From Bigelowiella natans CCMP2755 (lineage: Eukaryota; Protista; Cercozoa): a stretch of DNA of 64,000 nucleotides. The DNA lies in the NCBI GenBank assembly GCA_000320545.1, contig ADNK01000571.1, forward strand, positions 1-64,000, in the 5' to 3' direction. Shown here one piece after another: positions 1 through 11,571 of this stretch. Position numbers and translations under genes: made by a program. Numbering within the stretch: the stretch's first letter is position 1; every line of letters starts with the position of its first letter. The notes under the pieces were generated by a model. It was not told the DNA's origin, made no database searches, and saw only the letters and a list, made by a program, of their open reading frames with translations.

Positions 1-103
1 TCGAGGAATTAATACTTCCAACATTAAATGAGGCAATCAACAACGACGAGGACGAGGAGGAGGAGGAGGAGGAGGAGTAGAAATGCTTGCAAGAACAACG
101 CCG

Positions 104-897
104 TCAACAACGACGCACTCGAATTATGTGTAGCAGATCTTTCCTCCTTGGCCTTCTCTTCTTCTGCTGCTGCTTCTTCCCCTTGAATGCAGGAGCAGCA
201 GCACCACCAGCCCCCTCTTCCTCTTTGATGTCGTCAGCAGAGCTAATCTCTTTCCTGCCGTTGTTACGGTGATTTCTGCGTCTGGCTTTGCCCAGAAGAG
301 CACCCGTGACACCGTTCGTCTTCGAGCCGTCCCCGCACATTATGCATCCTAGCCCAAACTCCACCCCGTTTATCGGGTGCTTGAGGCCTGTTGCAATCAA
401 GGCAGTAGGTGTTTGCATTTTTTTTTTTGGGGGGGGGGGGGGGGTAGGGCATGGACGCCAACAGTCAGGAATTACGCCAAGGCAGAAACTCGAAATCTCG
501 AGGGTGAGGTCAGTATGGTACATGAACGTGCATCGTTAAGACCGCCCGGTGGAGGGGCAGCAGCCGAATCATGTTAGGCGTTGTATGAGGCGCTGCGGCT
601 ACGCGCCATGGCGACGATAAGGCGACGACGACAATGATGATAAGATTATGATTAGTTCGTGATGACGACGACGACAATGCCAATGATGGTAGGTTGATTA
701 TTAGAAAATACTACCGCGAGGGCACAATGACGGTTGAGACCTGCCCGTCGATCCGATGTCACCAGTAGTAGTAGTAGTAGTAGTAATGGTATCAACAGTG
801 GCAAAATCAACGAGTGGTTTTGATTATCGGAAGGTGTTCTCCTATTCTCCGCTATTGCAGCGACCTCCTCCTTTCTCTTGTCACTTTCCACACACAT

Positions 898-932
<35 letters not shown>

Positions 933-1362
933 ACAAACACACACACACACACAAACACGCACCCCTCCCTCTGACCACCGTTCATACCACATCACATGGC
1001 ACTTTGCCCTTTTATCCTCTAAGGAGATATCCGGTGGAAGAGCTTCGATTTGACGTGAAATGCCCGGGCATTGTGGATATCTGAGGGGAGAGGAGGCGGC
1101 GGGCAGGGGGGGGGGGCGATGGTGTATAAGATGATATTGCCTTACAAGCCTGTAATCGTCCTATCACCACCGCAACATAATATATTGTGTTTTCCGCTAA
1201 GAGAGTTTGGATTGGATCATGATGCGGTAGTTTTAGTTTGAATGTAATTACTCCCACAGCTCGAGCTTATTCCTCCCAGATCTGTACGACACGTACTTCT
1301 GCCATGTTCCTAGCACCATTACATAGTATCATTACTCCGCGTATCGGTAGTGTATATACGCG

Positions 1363-1403
<41 letters not shown>

Positions 1404-2720
1404 GCTGTGTCCATGTTCTAGTATTTACACGACCATGCTACCAAAGGGGGAAAACACCGTCATCATCGACGATAACATCAACAATATCACCACCAGCAAC
1501 AACAACATCAACAACAACAAATGCAACGACAACCGTTCACGTGGCAGCTCCTGCAGAAGTGCGTATTTCCCCAACATTGCCATGAGGACACGTTGCAGCA
1601 AAAGCGACATTTGAACGCCAGCCACTGCTTTCCGTGTTTCGGGCAGTCTTGGATATCCACTGGTTGGCAGGAGGGACAGAGGAGGTCCTCTTCATTGAAA
1701 TCAGCCCCTGCCAACGCCATAGCGGTCATGATAACTAGCAATATCAATGAAACATTTCGGATATACACCTGCTTCCTGGCACTCATAGCCTCCTGCAAAG
1801 TAGGGCTCGTTGCAAACGTGGCAGCGATAAAACATGAAGTAGTGCCTGCAGTCGTAGCAGCAGCAGCAGCAGCAGCCGTCGTCACGAGGAGCGCAGCAGA
1901 ACGAAAAGCGACACAGACAAGGACGTGGTGTAGGAGGTGGTTGGGTTGGGTTAGAGTCGGGGGGGGGGGTGTACAAGAACGGCAGTTATCGGTGTTGTCG
2001 ATAAAATCCGTAGAAATAGCTTGTAGTAATAATACCATCTATTAGAAAGGATAGGGCGGCGTGGAAAATAGCTGCTTGCTCATCATGTATGGTCGGTCGG
2101 GGGGGTGAGAGAATGCTTACATTGCGAACGCGGATGGGTCCTGATAGAAGCGCCCTCCTTTATCCAGAATCTCTTTGTGATCCTCCAATCGCTCGTACTT
2201 CAGTCGGTCAAGAGCAAGCCCTGTAGTACGTGATGATGCATGGCATGCCAGTAAGTAACTCAACAAATGTTTTGTCAGAAATAATGCTGTTGTCGTCGCT
2301 ATTACTACTACTACTAGCGATGCAATAACAAATTGACACCGCCCGAACCGATTCTGAGCTACGAACGACAAGACGGAGGATACGTACATCCGACGACACA
2401 GCGGTCGGGCTTTACAAAGGTGATGGTGGTGGTGGTGGTGGTGGTGGTAACATGTATCGATCTAGAAACGCCGATCTTAGAGGACGTCGTTGTTGTTGCT
2501 GCTCTGTTGGCTTCGCCGAGATATTTAGGAAGAGGGAAAGGGGGTGGGACTACTATGCGGGTAGCATGCACACCCAGTACTACCTTTGATTCGTGCTCTC
2601 AACTTCAGGAACGGTTCCAGAGCAGGGGAAAGACTAATAATCAATCAGTAAAGAGGAAATTTTAACAAAAGAAAGAATAGAGCAATATTAATATTAAATG
2701 ACGCCAGCACTCCCTTCCCG

Positions 2721-2770
<50 letters not shown>

Positions 2771-3219
2771 TCTCTTCCTCTTTGCATGCGTGTTTGTGTC
2801 GGTGTTCGCATCTTCCTGCCCCTTCATTTTCTATCAACATTATTACTACCACTACTAATACTACTACTACTTCGAAAATCGCTATTATTTTCATTCCTCT
2901 TGCATCATTGTTCTGCGCTGACTACGATCTACCCCCCTCCCACCTCTCATGGCGCATCTCTACTCTACACAGCGCACAGCCGAGGAAGTCGAAGGTGATC
3001 CGTGCCCCAGGCCATCCTAAAAGAAGGAGGAAGAGGAGGAGGAGGGAGGGGGTAAGGATGGCAGGAAGAGAGGTGATAAGGTTCCGCACATCTCATTTGG
3101 TGGGTACGTTGTCGATGAGCTAGCAGTGACGGACTTAGAGGATACTTAGGGAATTGAATTGTAGCATGTTGTGCAGACGAAGACAATGACTGCTACTGCT
3201 CTACTACTACTGCTGCTAT

Positions 3220-3251
<32 letters not shown>

Positions 3252-3299
3252 TTACTAAGGGCGTAAACTAGTTACACATACATATTACATATTATACAA

Positions 3300-3343
<44 letters not shown>

Positions 3344-5762
3344 GCGGCGACATTAGACGATTGATGACAACTAACTCCAACCCCGCCCCCTCCCCCAACC
3401 TACCTGCTTTGATTTTGGCTCGGAGGCAGTGCTCATGAAATTGGTGGCCTTTCACAGTAGCATACAAGCAGGAGCACCAGCAATGACGAAAACAACGACA
3501 CAAATGCCGTTGTTGTTGTTGTTGTTGTTGATGATGATGATGATGTTGCTGTTGTTGCTAGCAACGACGACGGAAAAGAGGGGTGTTCCCGAAAGAAATG
3601 CGATGGTGGGAGTTCTATTGCCTTCCAACGGACTTTCCGTCTACTACTAGTACAAGCACCAACTATGCTATTACGAGACGACGAGGACCACTGCAAAACA
3701 GGCTGAAACGATTTCTTCTTCTCTTCTTCTTCTTCTTCTTCTTCTTCTTCTTCTTCTTCTCCTCTGAGGCATATTTTTCTCCTCCTCCCACCACAATCCT
3801 GCAGCTGCAGATGCGCTCCTCCGCGCAGCGGTTCCAAGCAGATCGCACACGTGGAATCCTCTTCTTCTTTTTTCACGACGTCGTCCGGTTTACTTGTAAC
3901 AGTCGCGCTTACGACTAAGCAGGGAAATGGGACCGAGAAGTAAAATGGCGTTCGAATGGGGATCAAGCTATGTCTGTGAGTTCTTCTTTATGGGATAAAA
4001 CTGTGCGGGTTCGATCAAAGAATTATCAAAGAAAGTAGGAAGAGAGAGCAAGCGAGAGAGGGGAGGGATAGGGGAGGGAAGAAGATCCATATCGCTTTAC
4101 CTTTTGTTGGAGCTATATCTGTCACTGTCCTGTCAGTGTTCGGAGAGTAGTTCACACCCGCCGCCGCCGCAGCAGCGGTAGGTATAGTAGAGGGAGTAGA
4201 AGCAGGGGTTTCAGACTCTTTTAGAAGATTCGGCAAGGTCCTATTTGGAGGAGGCTCAAGGGATGGCAGCGGGCTGGATACGATAACTTTTACACGCGAG
4301 GAGGAGGAGGAGGATGAGGCGAGGCGGATTTGCGGCCTGCCAGCAAGCAGTACTTGTCCCGATCTGATGGCTTCATCCTTGCTTTCATGATTAGCCGCCG
4401 CCACGGATTTAGTAGTCATCGCCTTGGCCACCTGTGATCTCGTTTTTGCTGCATGTGAGGATATAGGATTAGGGGGAGGGATACCACGGGCGTGCTTCGA
4501 TGAAGGTATTTGCGACTTGATGTCACGATCCTGAAAGCAAATTGTACAGCAATGATGTCATTTCAAGTGCACTTGGCAGAAAGCACGAACAAATCCCGAA
4601 CGTAATTCCGACGTACAAGTCGCTGGTGTTCCTGCCGGCGTTGCCAACGAGAAAACTCCTTGAGGATTGACGTGATCAAGAAAGACGGAAGATCCTGTGT
4701 GCGGACACATACGTGCGGATATGGTTAAATGCAGCCAGTGGCTATCATCGTGGCAATGACTCGTTTTTTGGTGTCATTTACCATTATCTGCAGTGATTTT
4801 CGGTCCGTCACACACTTTTGCATATCGCCAGCAAAGACGAAAAGCTGTTCTTTAATCAGCATTGTCACTATTGCCTGCCGATAATGGTACAGTTCATTAT
4901 GGGGGTGCAGTAACGGGGGGCTTGGTTGTCCTATTACCTCTTTGGTCGCTGTCTCCATTTGCAGCTCATACTTCGAATCCAACGCATACACAAAGCTACG
5001 GATCCTCACATGTGCCAAATCCTGGACCAACCAAGAAAAATGGGGAGGCAGGGGAAAGTACGGGGCAAAGAGAGTGTGGGGGCGGGAATTAGTCCAAACT
5101 GATCAATCCTCATCACTCTGTGACGTTGTCGCCTCAGCGGCGCAGTATTGACTATGAACTAGAAATAGAGCATGCATCCCCATCTTCAATTTGATAACGG
5201 GTTGCTACCTCGTCGAGGCACGCCTGATGAGCCATGTGAGCGCTCACGCGGGCGGGAACGTTCCCGTCCTACTCGTTTGAGCCTCGGATGAGGGGCGCCC
5301 AGATTTATGAGTTCCTCGCGTGTCGCTGCTCTCAGAATACATGCGAAATATATGCAAATATCAACCTCGTGGCTAGCATTCCGACGTCCAACTTGCATGG
5401 CCACTGTGCACCCTGGCATGAGAACATATCCTAGATATATTCCGCATGAAAAATAGCCCTCTCAATCGCACCCCCGGAGAACCAGGATTTCCTCCTCCGG
5501 AGATAACATTTCTCTCCTCGGAGCACCGGGTAAACAACCAGCCCCTCTTTTTGTCTCCTTCTCCCTGGCCGCGCTTGTCGCACCCAGAACTCCTCCATGG
5601 AATAGGGTGGTCGTGGACAGTGAGCATGTTAATGCCCCGGAATAACCTATAAAAAGTTGCCAGACTGAGAGCAGTAGGAGGAGCAGGGTGCTGGTTGGTG
5701 GTACCCTGTGGTGATATCTGTCTATCCACAAGAGCCAGGGCCCCAAAAACAAGCGTCGTCAT
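104..5762 (-). CDS. Multi-exon MYCBP2/Highwire/RPM-1-like RING-Cys-relay (RCR) E3 ubiquitin ligase with an unrecognised N-terminal region; ends approximate
   Basis: Exons give RING CAICLEPL...HQFHEHCLRAKI, then ALDRLKYERLEDHKEILDKGGRFYQDPSAFAM, YFMFYRCHVCNEPYFAGGYECQEA, DFNEEDLLCPSC...CPKHGKQWLAFKCRFCCNVSSWQCWGNTHFCRSCH and HPINGVEFGLGCIMC, collinear with the MYCBP2 C-terminus. Linkage of the exons above about 3900 to this gene is inferred. Confidence 0.85.
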
Positions 5763-5920
5763 GCAGAGAGGAGGTGGATGAGTTCTCGTCGCCCTGGCGT
5801 GAAGAGGAGGAGAGGCGACGCCCCTCCTAGTCGTCTGGGCCTACCCATCCCCCGGCACCCCCCACCCCCGATTCCGCCACGAACCGTTTCACTTGGAGTG
5901 ACTGTGCCGAGGTCGCTCGC

Positions 5921-6975
5921 ATGTCTAATGTTTGGTGAGGGACGTCGATCATTTTTGCTCTCACTTAGGACGGAGGATCTCGTGAATGGCTCAGTATCCC
6001 AGTACGATGAGACCAAAAATGATGGCTGTGATGATCTGATAAGCAAGAGACCCCGTTTGGCGGTCAACCTCGTGCAAGAAGAAGATGATGAAGAAGAAGA
6101 AAGAAACGTGGAGGTAACATTGAAGAACCGCCATTACTTTGATGCGTAGAAACCGTAAGAGTATACTCTTTTGTTGACACGACAACAACTTCATTTAGGA
6201 TTATGTCGGTACTCCTGAAGACGAGAGCGACCCTGAGCAGGTCTCTGCTGTCGCACAGTCTTACCCTCAAAGTCCTCCATCTCAGGGACTATCAGAAGTA
6301 GACGTGATAGACAGGGTGGTTCGTGAAATTCGTGACGAATTAGCGCCCAAGCAGCCGAGTTCTCCGCCTTCTCCCTTACCTCCTCCGATTACAAGCCAAC
6401 TTGGGAAAGAAAATGTTGAATTAATCGACCGTCTGGTCGACGAAATACAGTCCGAAATTCAGCAATGTGTCCGCGAAAAGAAGGAGCGAAAATACGAGAG
6501 AATGGGACGACAGAGGGAGGTTGTAGGAAGCGGAGAAGTAGGAGGAGGGGATGAAGACAATAACTACGCGGACAATATTCTGGCTAAGCTGAATTTCTGT
6601 GCGGACGACGATAATTACCCCTTAAACAGTGCCAACCCCTCCTCCAATCTCTACGCAAACGCTGAATATGAGGCGGAGCAAAGTGCACAAGTATATATGT
6701 TTGATTACGGCGATGAGGACAATGACGATTTCAAGAGCAGGGCTGGAAGAGTCGCCGAGCAGCGAACTCAAATAGCAGAAGCAAGGTGCATTGTAGAAGA
6801 AATGCGCTTACGCACAGCCTCTAGGCACTCCGACCCCAAAATACGTGACGTCCATCGCGAGGAGTGTGTCTGTTACAGATGCTATGATAGATTTCGATAC
6901 GCAAATTCAAATCAGCCGACTCATTCGATACCGTACGAAAGATGGGTGCAAATGTGCATGTCAAGCAGACGCTGA
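5921..6975 (+). CDS. Hypothetical acidic protein with a Cys/His cluster (HREECVCYRC) near the C-terminus
   Basis: The 223-aa ORF 6304-6975 extends in frame upstream to an AG acceptor at about 6198 (DYVGTPEDESD). An upstream exon reads TEDLVNG...RNVE. The start at 5921 (MSNVW) needs a 34-nt intron; 5778 is the alternative start. Confidence 0.55.
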
Positions 6976-7817
6976 AGTGAGGGATTGATTTCGCAAACCC
7001 AAATTATCAATCGATGTCTAACCATACTTTGATTGCACACTCTAGATGCAAAACGTCTATCTATAGAATACAACGATCGGTGTCTTCCGCCAATAATATT
7101 AGTACAGATTTAAAATTTTCGAGTTTGAACCAGAATTATACTTCAACATCCTAACCGATGAATGTCGAACACCGTCTATCGCCCTGATACCATCCAATAA
7201 TTACTTTAGTAGTATATTTGTGTACATACACCCCTAACCACATCTGTATGTACAATAGTTATATTTCTCCTATTTATTTACTGTGTTCTTCGTACTTATT
7301 ATCGTATTCCGAAAATGGGATTTATTGTCTCTGGAATGTGATGAGCTTGCTTCGATTAGTACTAAAACTTTAGATTTCTCTGTAACAACGAACTACACAT
7401 GTCATCTAAATCACCTGGATCTGACATGCATTTGCATGCTGAACCTAAGTAGACTATTTGCACACTGCAAAGTGCATGTCCAACGACAGAAACGTTCGCA
7501 CGGACTGCATGTGCGCGTTCGTGCGCACACATTGCTAGATCAAGCGCCTTGATCTAGTGGTCGAGGACTTGTCGACATGCTCTAGATGCTTTTGTGACAG
7601 CTTTTGTTCGCGCATGCACGTGATTGTGGCTAGAAGCTAGGACTTCGTGCGTGTTGCAGCTGTCCACACGTTTCATGGCATGCTGGCATGCAAACACTCA
7701 AGCAGTGACGCGCACTCAACGGCACTCAGTGCAAGGACGTGACAAAGACATCCACCACGCTGGAGGTGAACACGTCTGTTCAACCTGTTGACATGACATC
7801 GTCCAAATTGTTGTGTC

Positions 7818-8168
7818 TGTAGCGCGTACCACTACGCGGGCACAAGTCACGTGCGACAACAAAGGGGTTGTCGCGGATATAGAATATAGATAACGTAGAT
7901 ATTAATACAGCATAGGCACGTGGGTTCCGGCGGGACTCATGGCAGCACACCGGAAGTGTGCTGCCCCACGTGCGGCGGCATTCGCGAAAGCTTCGCGAAT
8001 GATTACGCAGTGCACGATTTAACAAAAATATAATCTTTAATAAAAATAAACAAAACTCTTCAAAAGGAAGCAAACGTGCCTTCCCCCCCCCTGCCTACTT
8101 GTGCACGTAGCGCCTCGGCCTGTGAACACCTTACGCGCAACAACCTTAAAAACAACGACGACCATACC
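7818..8168 (+). repeat. 5' LTR, truncated at its 3' (U5) end by the internal deletion
   Basis: 351 bp that match 8835-9185 at offset 1017, with one mismatch noticed (8163 C versus 9180 G). Joined directly to pol sequence with no PBS. Confidence 0.9.
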
Positions 8169-8783
8169 GAGAGCGAAGACGAGAAGGTCCCGTACGATGG
8201 CCGAGTTCTAAAGGAAGGACAGTATGTTAGGGCCAAGGTAAATCTGAGATCGAGAAATAAACAAGACCCCTTCTGGGGTGGCGTTGCAAAGGTTACCGAG
8301 AGGAAGGGGAGGAAGCAGTACTACATCTATGATGGGAACAGGGTCACCTTGCGCCACATCAGTCACCTAAAGAATTATGATATCGGTGAGAAGCTCCTAG
8401 AGGATGTTAAAGTAAACCCTACTGTGTGGGAGCGAGCAATGCCTTGTTTAGGACCCCGACCTAAGTTCGATGTGGAATATGGAAACAATAAGGTCAGGGT
8501 GAACGACGATTGGCGCATGAAGATTGTCTATCTAGGCTACCCTGGATTACGAAATATGGAGAGGGTAGCTATGAAAATAAAGGACGGAAAATATCAGCTA
8601 CTCTACCTAGCTGTTCCCGACTTACCCTTTGAGCACTGGTATAAGGTCCTGGGGGACCTTGATGCAGAGGGCTGGTATGGACACGAACCTAAGGACGAAG
8701 GTGAGTTCTGGGTAAGCGACAAAGGAGATAAGGTTAGAGAGGAATCTATTACCTGGTGGTTGGTGAAGTTCCGAAAGCGATGA
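8169..8783 (+). pseudogene. 3' fragment of pol: integrase C-terminal (GPY/F, SH3-like) module plus a degenerate Dam-like N6-adenine methyltransferase domain
   Basis: KQDPFWGGVAKVTERKGRKQYYIYDGNRVTLRHISHLKNY fits the Gypsy integrase CTD pattern. VKVNPTVW...LGPRPKFDV...DDWRMKIVYLGYPGLRNMERVAMKI...LAVPDLPFEHWYKVL fits the retroelement Dam-like MTase pattern, recognised by eye. Confidence 0.75.
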
Positions 8784-8789
8784 AGGTCT

Positions 8790-8834
8790 AAGGGAATAAG
8801 GAAGGAAGGAAGGAGCAACGTGACTTGGGGGAGG
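8790..8834 (+). promoter_or_regulatory. Polypurine tract region of the LTR element
   Basis: AAGGGAATAAGGAAGGAAGGAAGGAG...GGGGGAGG lies immediately 5' of the TG that starts the 3' LTR. Confidence 0.8.
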
Positions 8835-9230
8835 TGTAGCGCGTACCACTACGCGGGCACAAGTCACGTGCGACAACAAAGGGGTTGTCGCGGATATAGA
8901 ATATAGATAACGTAGATATTAATACAGCATAGGCACGTGGGTTCCGGCGGGACTCATGGCAGCACACCGGAAGTGTGCTGCCCCACGTGCGGCGGCATTC
9001 GCGAAAGCTTCGCGAATGATTACGCAGTGCACGATTTAACAAAAATATAATCTTTAATAAAAATAAACAAAACTCTTCAAAAGGAAGCAAACGTGCCTTC
9101 CCCCCCCCTGCCTACTTGTGCACGTAGCGCCTCGGCCTGTGAACACCTTACGCGCAACAACCTTAAAAACAACGACGACGATACCCCGCGTAGTGGTACG
9201 CGCTACACCTCCCCCAAGTCACGTTGAACA
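8835..9230 (+). repeat. 3' LTR, 396 bp, TG...CA
   Basis: Preceded by the PPT and followed by the TSD. Contains an AT-rich TATA/poly(A)-signal-like stretch at about 9040-9070. Confidence 0.88.
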
Positions 9231-10251
9231 TGTCTCCACGTCAATCAAGGCAATCCCAACCGCACCACAAAACCCAGGAGTGTCAGAAGTGGGGAGGCAG
9301 GCGGTGCGCAATGCAGGCACACAAGTGGCACACACTTCGCGGTCTGGACGCAAAGCGTTCCAACAAAAAACCACAAATGAAGGAATGGATGATTGAACAA
9401 GTGATTCAAATGGTGCAGTTCAAAGGATCACATTGGACGTGCCAACCACTTCGCACCCTCTAGCCCTCCTGGCCATTGGTCTCGATTCTCGAACAACGTG
9501 ACCACCACGCAGCACGGAAAGTTGAGGACAAACGAATGGGAGCCACCTCAATTTCAAGTGCTTCTCCGATTTTGACCAAATTTCTCCTGAAATTCAGAAG
9601 TTTCAGGGAGACGTTTTTGCCCCCACGAAGCAATTGGTGAAAAAGAGCAAAGTGATTCCAATGGTGCACAAGCTTGGAGCACCATGGGACCAATCCGTGC
9701 CCTCTTCGATCAGCAAAATCGTCAAGGAAAGTCGAGAGGGTTTGTTTCACATCCACCGGCCACGAAAGAAAGAAGAAAGAAAGAAAGAAGTGTTTCCATT
9801 GGAGCAGTTGAAATGATGTCATCGTGCACAGAGGTTTCGTGTGAATGAATGAAAAATTGAGTTTTGAGGCGAAGAGCGAAGGCACATTTCTTGTACATGA
9901 AAAAAGAAGCACAAACGGGGCCTATTTCCGGGAAAGGAGGTTGTCCCATTTTAAGCAAAAACACCAGATTTGCCCAGAGGGACCCTGTCGCAGCCATCGA
10001 TCTAGCGGCGGAAAACATCCCGTTGCAGATTTTCCTGTTTAGATAAATAAGAGAGGTTTTTTGCTATTCGAGAGCAAATAGTGTTGTCGCAGTGATAAAT
10101 CCCTATCCATAACATCGGTTCATATCACTCAATAGAAGAAAAGAGAAGGCTCCGCTCTTTACGTGGCGAGACCGTGGTTGAGCCATTGAGCGCCTCTACG
10201 TGGGAGGAGACACACACCACACACAAACGCGCGGTGGTGGTAATCGGATCC

Positions 10252-11532
10252 ATGCGATGGCCTGCACGCTGGCTGGGTGTTGGAGCACCGTCGACCTGCA
10301 TTCAAGGGCTGTCGTTGTTCCTGGTCCTTTTGGGTGAGTGGGTTCTTTTTGTCACCCGCCGCCACGTGCCGTTAACCCCCATTTTGGCACATTTTCAGGT
10401 ACGCAGTCTAGGCCTCTTGGAAGGTCCATTCCTCGATGTCCACAAGGATCATTCGCAAACACACAGGGTGGGGTGCGAGGCTGCGCCTCTGTCTCATCGC
10501 CGGTGGCGAACCCGTTTCACATTGCCGCCACAATACCTGCTGCGACTCGGAAATCCAAGAGGAATACTCGCTGTAGATCGAAAAACAGGTAATGCGAATA
10601 CAGAGAAGAAGATAAACAAGTAGAAGAACTGAAAATGAGGGGGGAGACCTAAAATCGCTGAAAATTCTTTGCCTTTGTCTGGCCAATTATCTTAGCAGGA
10701 GTGAGGTTGGGACTGATGACTTCGCGAATCAGGAAATGCCCTCGCCGATTTCCGTGTCTATAGAAACTAGAGAGATGCCAACCCCTGTAGATTCTTCACA
10801 ACAGATGTATCATCAATCACTAATGGCCACATCAGCATCGCTGACGTCGATGTCGTCGTCGTCAAAGCCTACGATCTCCTCCTCTTCCTCGTCACAGTCG
10901 TCACCTTCTTCAAGCCGATCTTCGTCACCACTAACATCAACGCAACTGCACGCAACCATAACTGGTTCCAGCTATAGTAGAAACAACCCCGTTCACCAAC
11001 ACACGCACTCATTTTCATCTACCCAGCAGCCTCTCGCATTACGTCCCCACACGAGAAACACCGACTACCTCTACCCCATCTCACCTTCCTTCCCCACCAC
11101 AAACCCCCTTTACTCACACTCGAAATCGACACGGGATCTTTCTGTCCAGGCCCATAGAAGCGGGTCATCGCAGGGTCTTCCACGAGAAAGCGGCGTAGGA
11201 ACCTCCTCCCGGCCCGTTGGCCCGTCGTCGTCTTCGGGGGGTGGGGGTGATGGAGGCCACCTCCACAACGACTTCACGGACAGAATCGGAGAAGAGGAGA
11301 GCACCCGTCGAGCCTACACACGTCTAACAACGACAAGTAGCAATAGAAATGAGAAGAAGGACACGAAGATATGGGAGCTGGCGGGCTCTGGGTGCTGCTC
11401 GGGGGACAAGGTCTTACTAGAAAACTCCCTCTCGTAAGTGGAGGCTAAAATGGGGTCATCGGTCGATGTAAAAATCTTACGATGTATATCCGGTAGCTTA
11501 GCATTATGGGAGGGGATTTACGCAATGTGCGT

Positions 11533-11571
<39 letters not shown>

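Larger units (their letters stand above)
7818..9230 (+). mobile_element. Internally deleted Ty3/Gypsy-type LTR retrotransposon with 4-bp TSD TGTC
   Basis: Starts TGT and ends ACA. TGTC flanks at 7814-7817 and 9231-9234. Direct repeats at 7818-8168 and 8835-9185. A polypurine tract (GGGGGAGG) abuts the 3' LTR. The interior is the 3' end of pol. Confidence 0.9.
7457..9893. other. TpA-depleted tract A, interrupted by the LTR element
   Basis: Hand count: 7457-7817 has 5 TA, all CTAG. 9231-9893 has 1 TA, in CTAG. Confidence 0.9.

Noticed and set aside
652-1084. ORF-track entries rich in THTHTH, CVCVCV, LSLSLS, ERERER or poly-Leu/Ser, here and throughout the window
   Set aside because: They are translations of intronic microsatellites, not proteins.
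7780-8073. Duplicated minus-strand ORF MLPFEEFCLF... (also 8788-9090)
   Set aside because: Antisense reading of the two LTRs with no protein motif.
7818-9230. DIRS/tyrosine-recombinase element, suggested by the MTase-like domain and inverted segment
   Set aside because: A TSD, TG...CA ends, a PPT and a Gypsy-type integrase CTD point to a DDE-integrase LTR element. No tyrosine recombinase motif was seen.
10160-10560. A fifth TA-depleted tract
   Set aside because: It overlaps GC-rich 5' exons of the FAD4-like gene and retains several non-CTAG TAs, so coding composition explains it.
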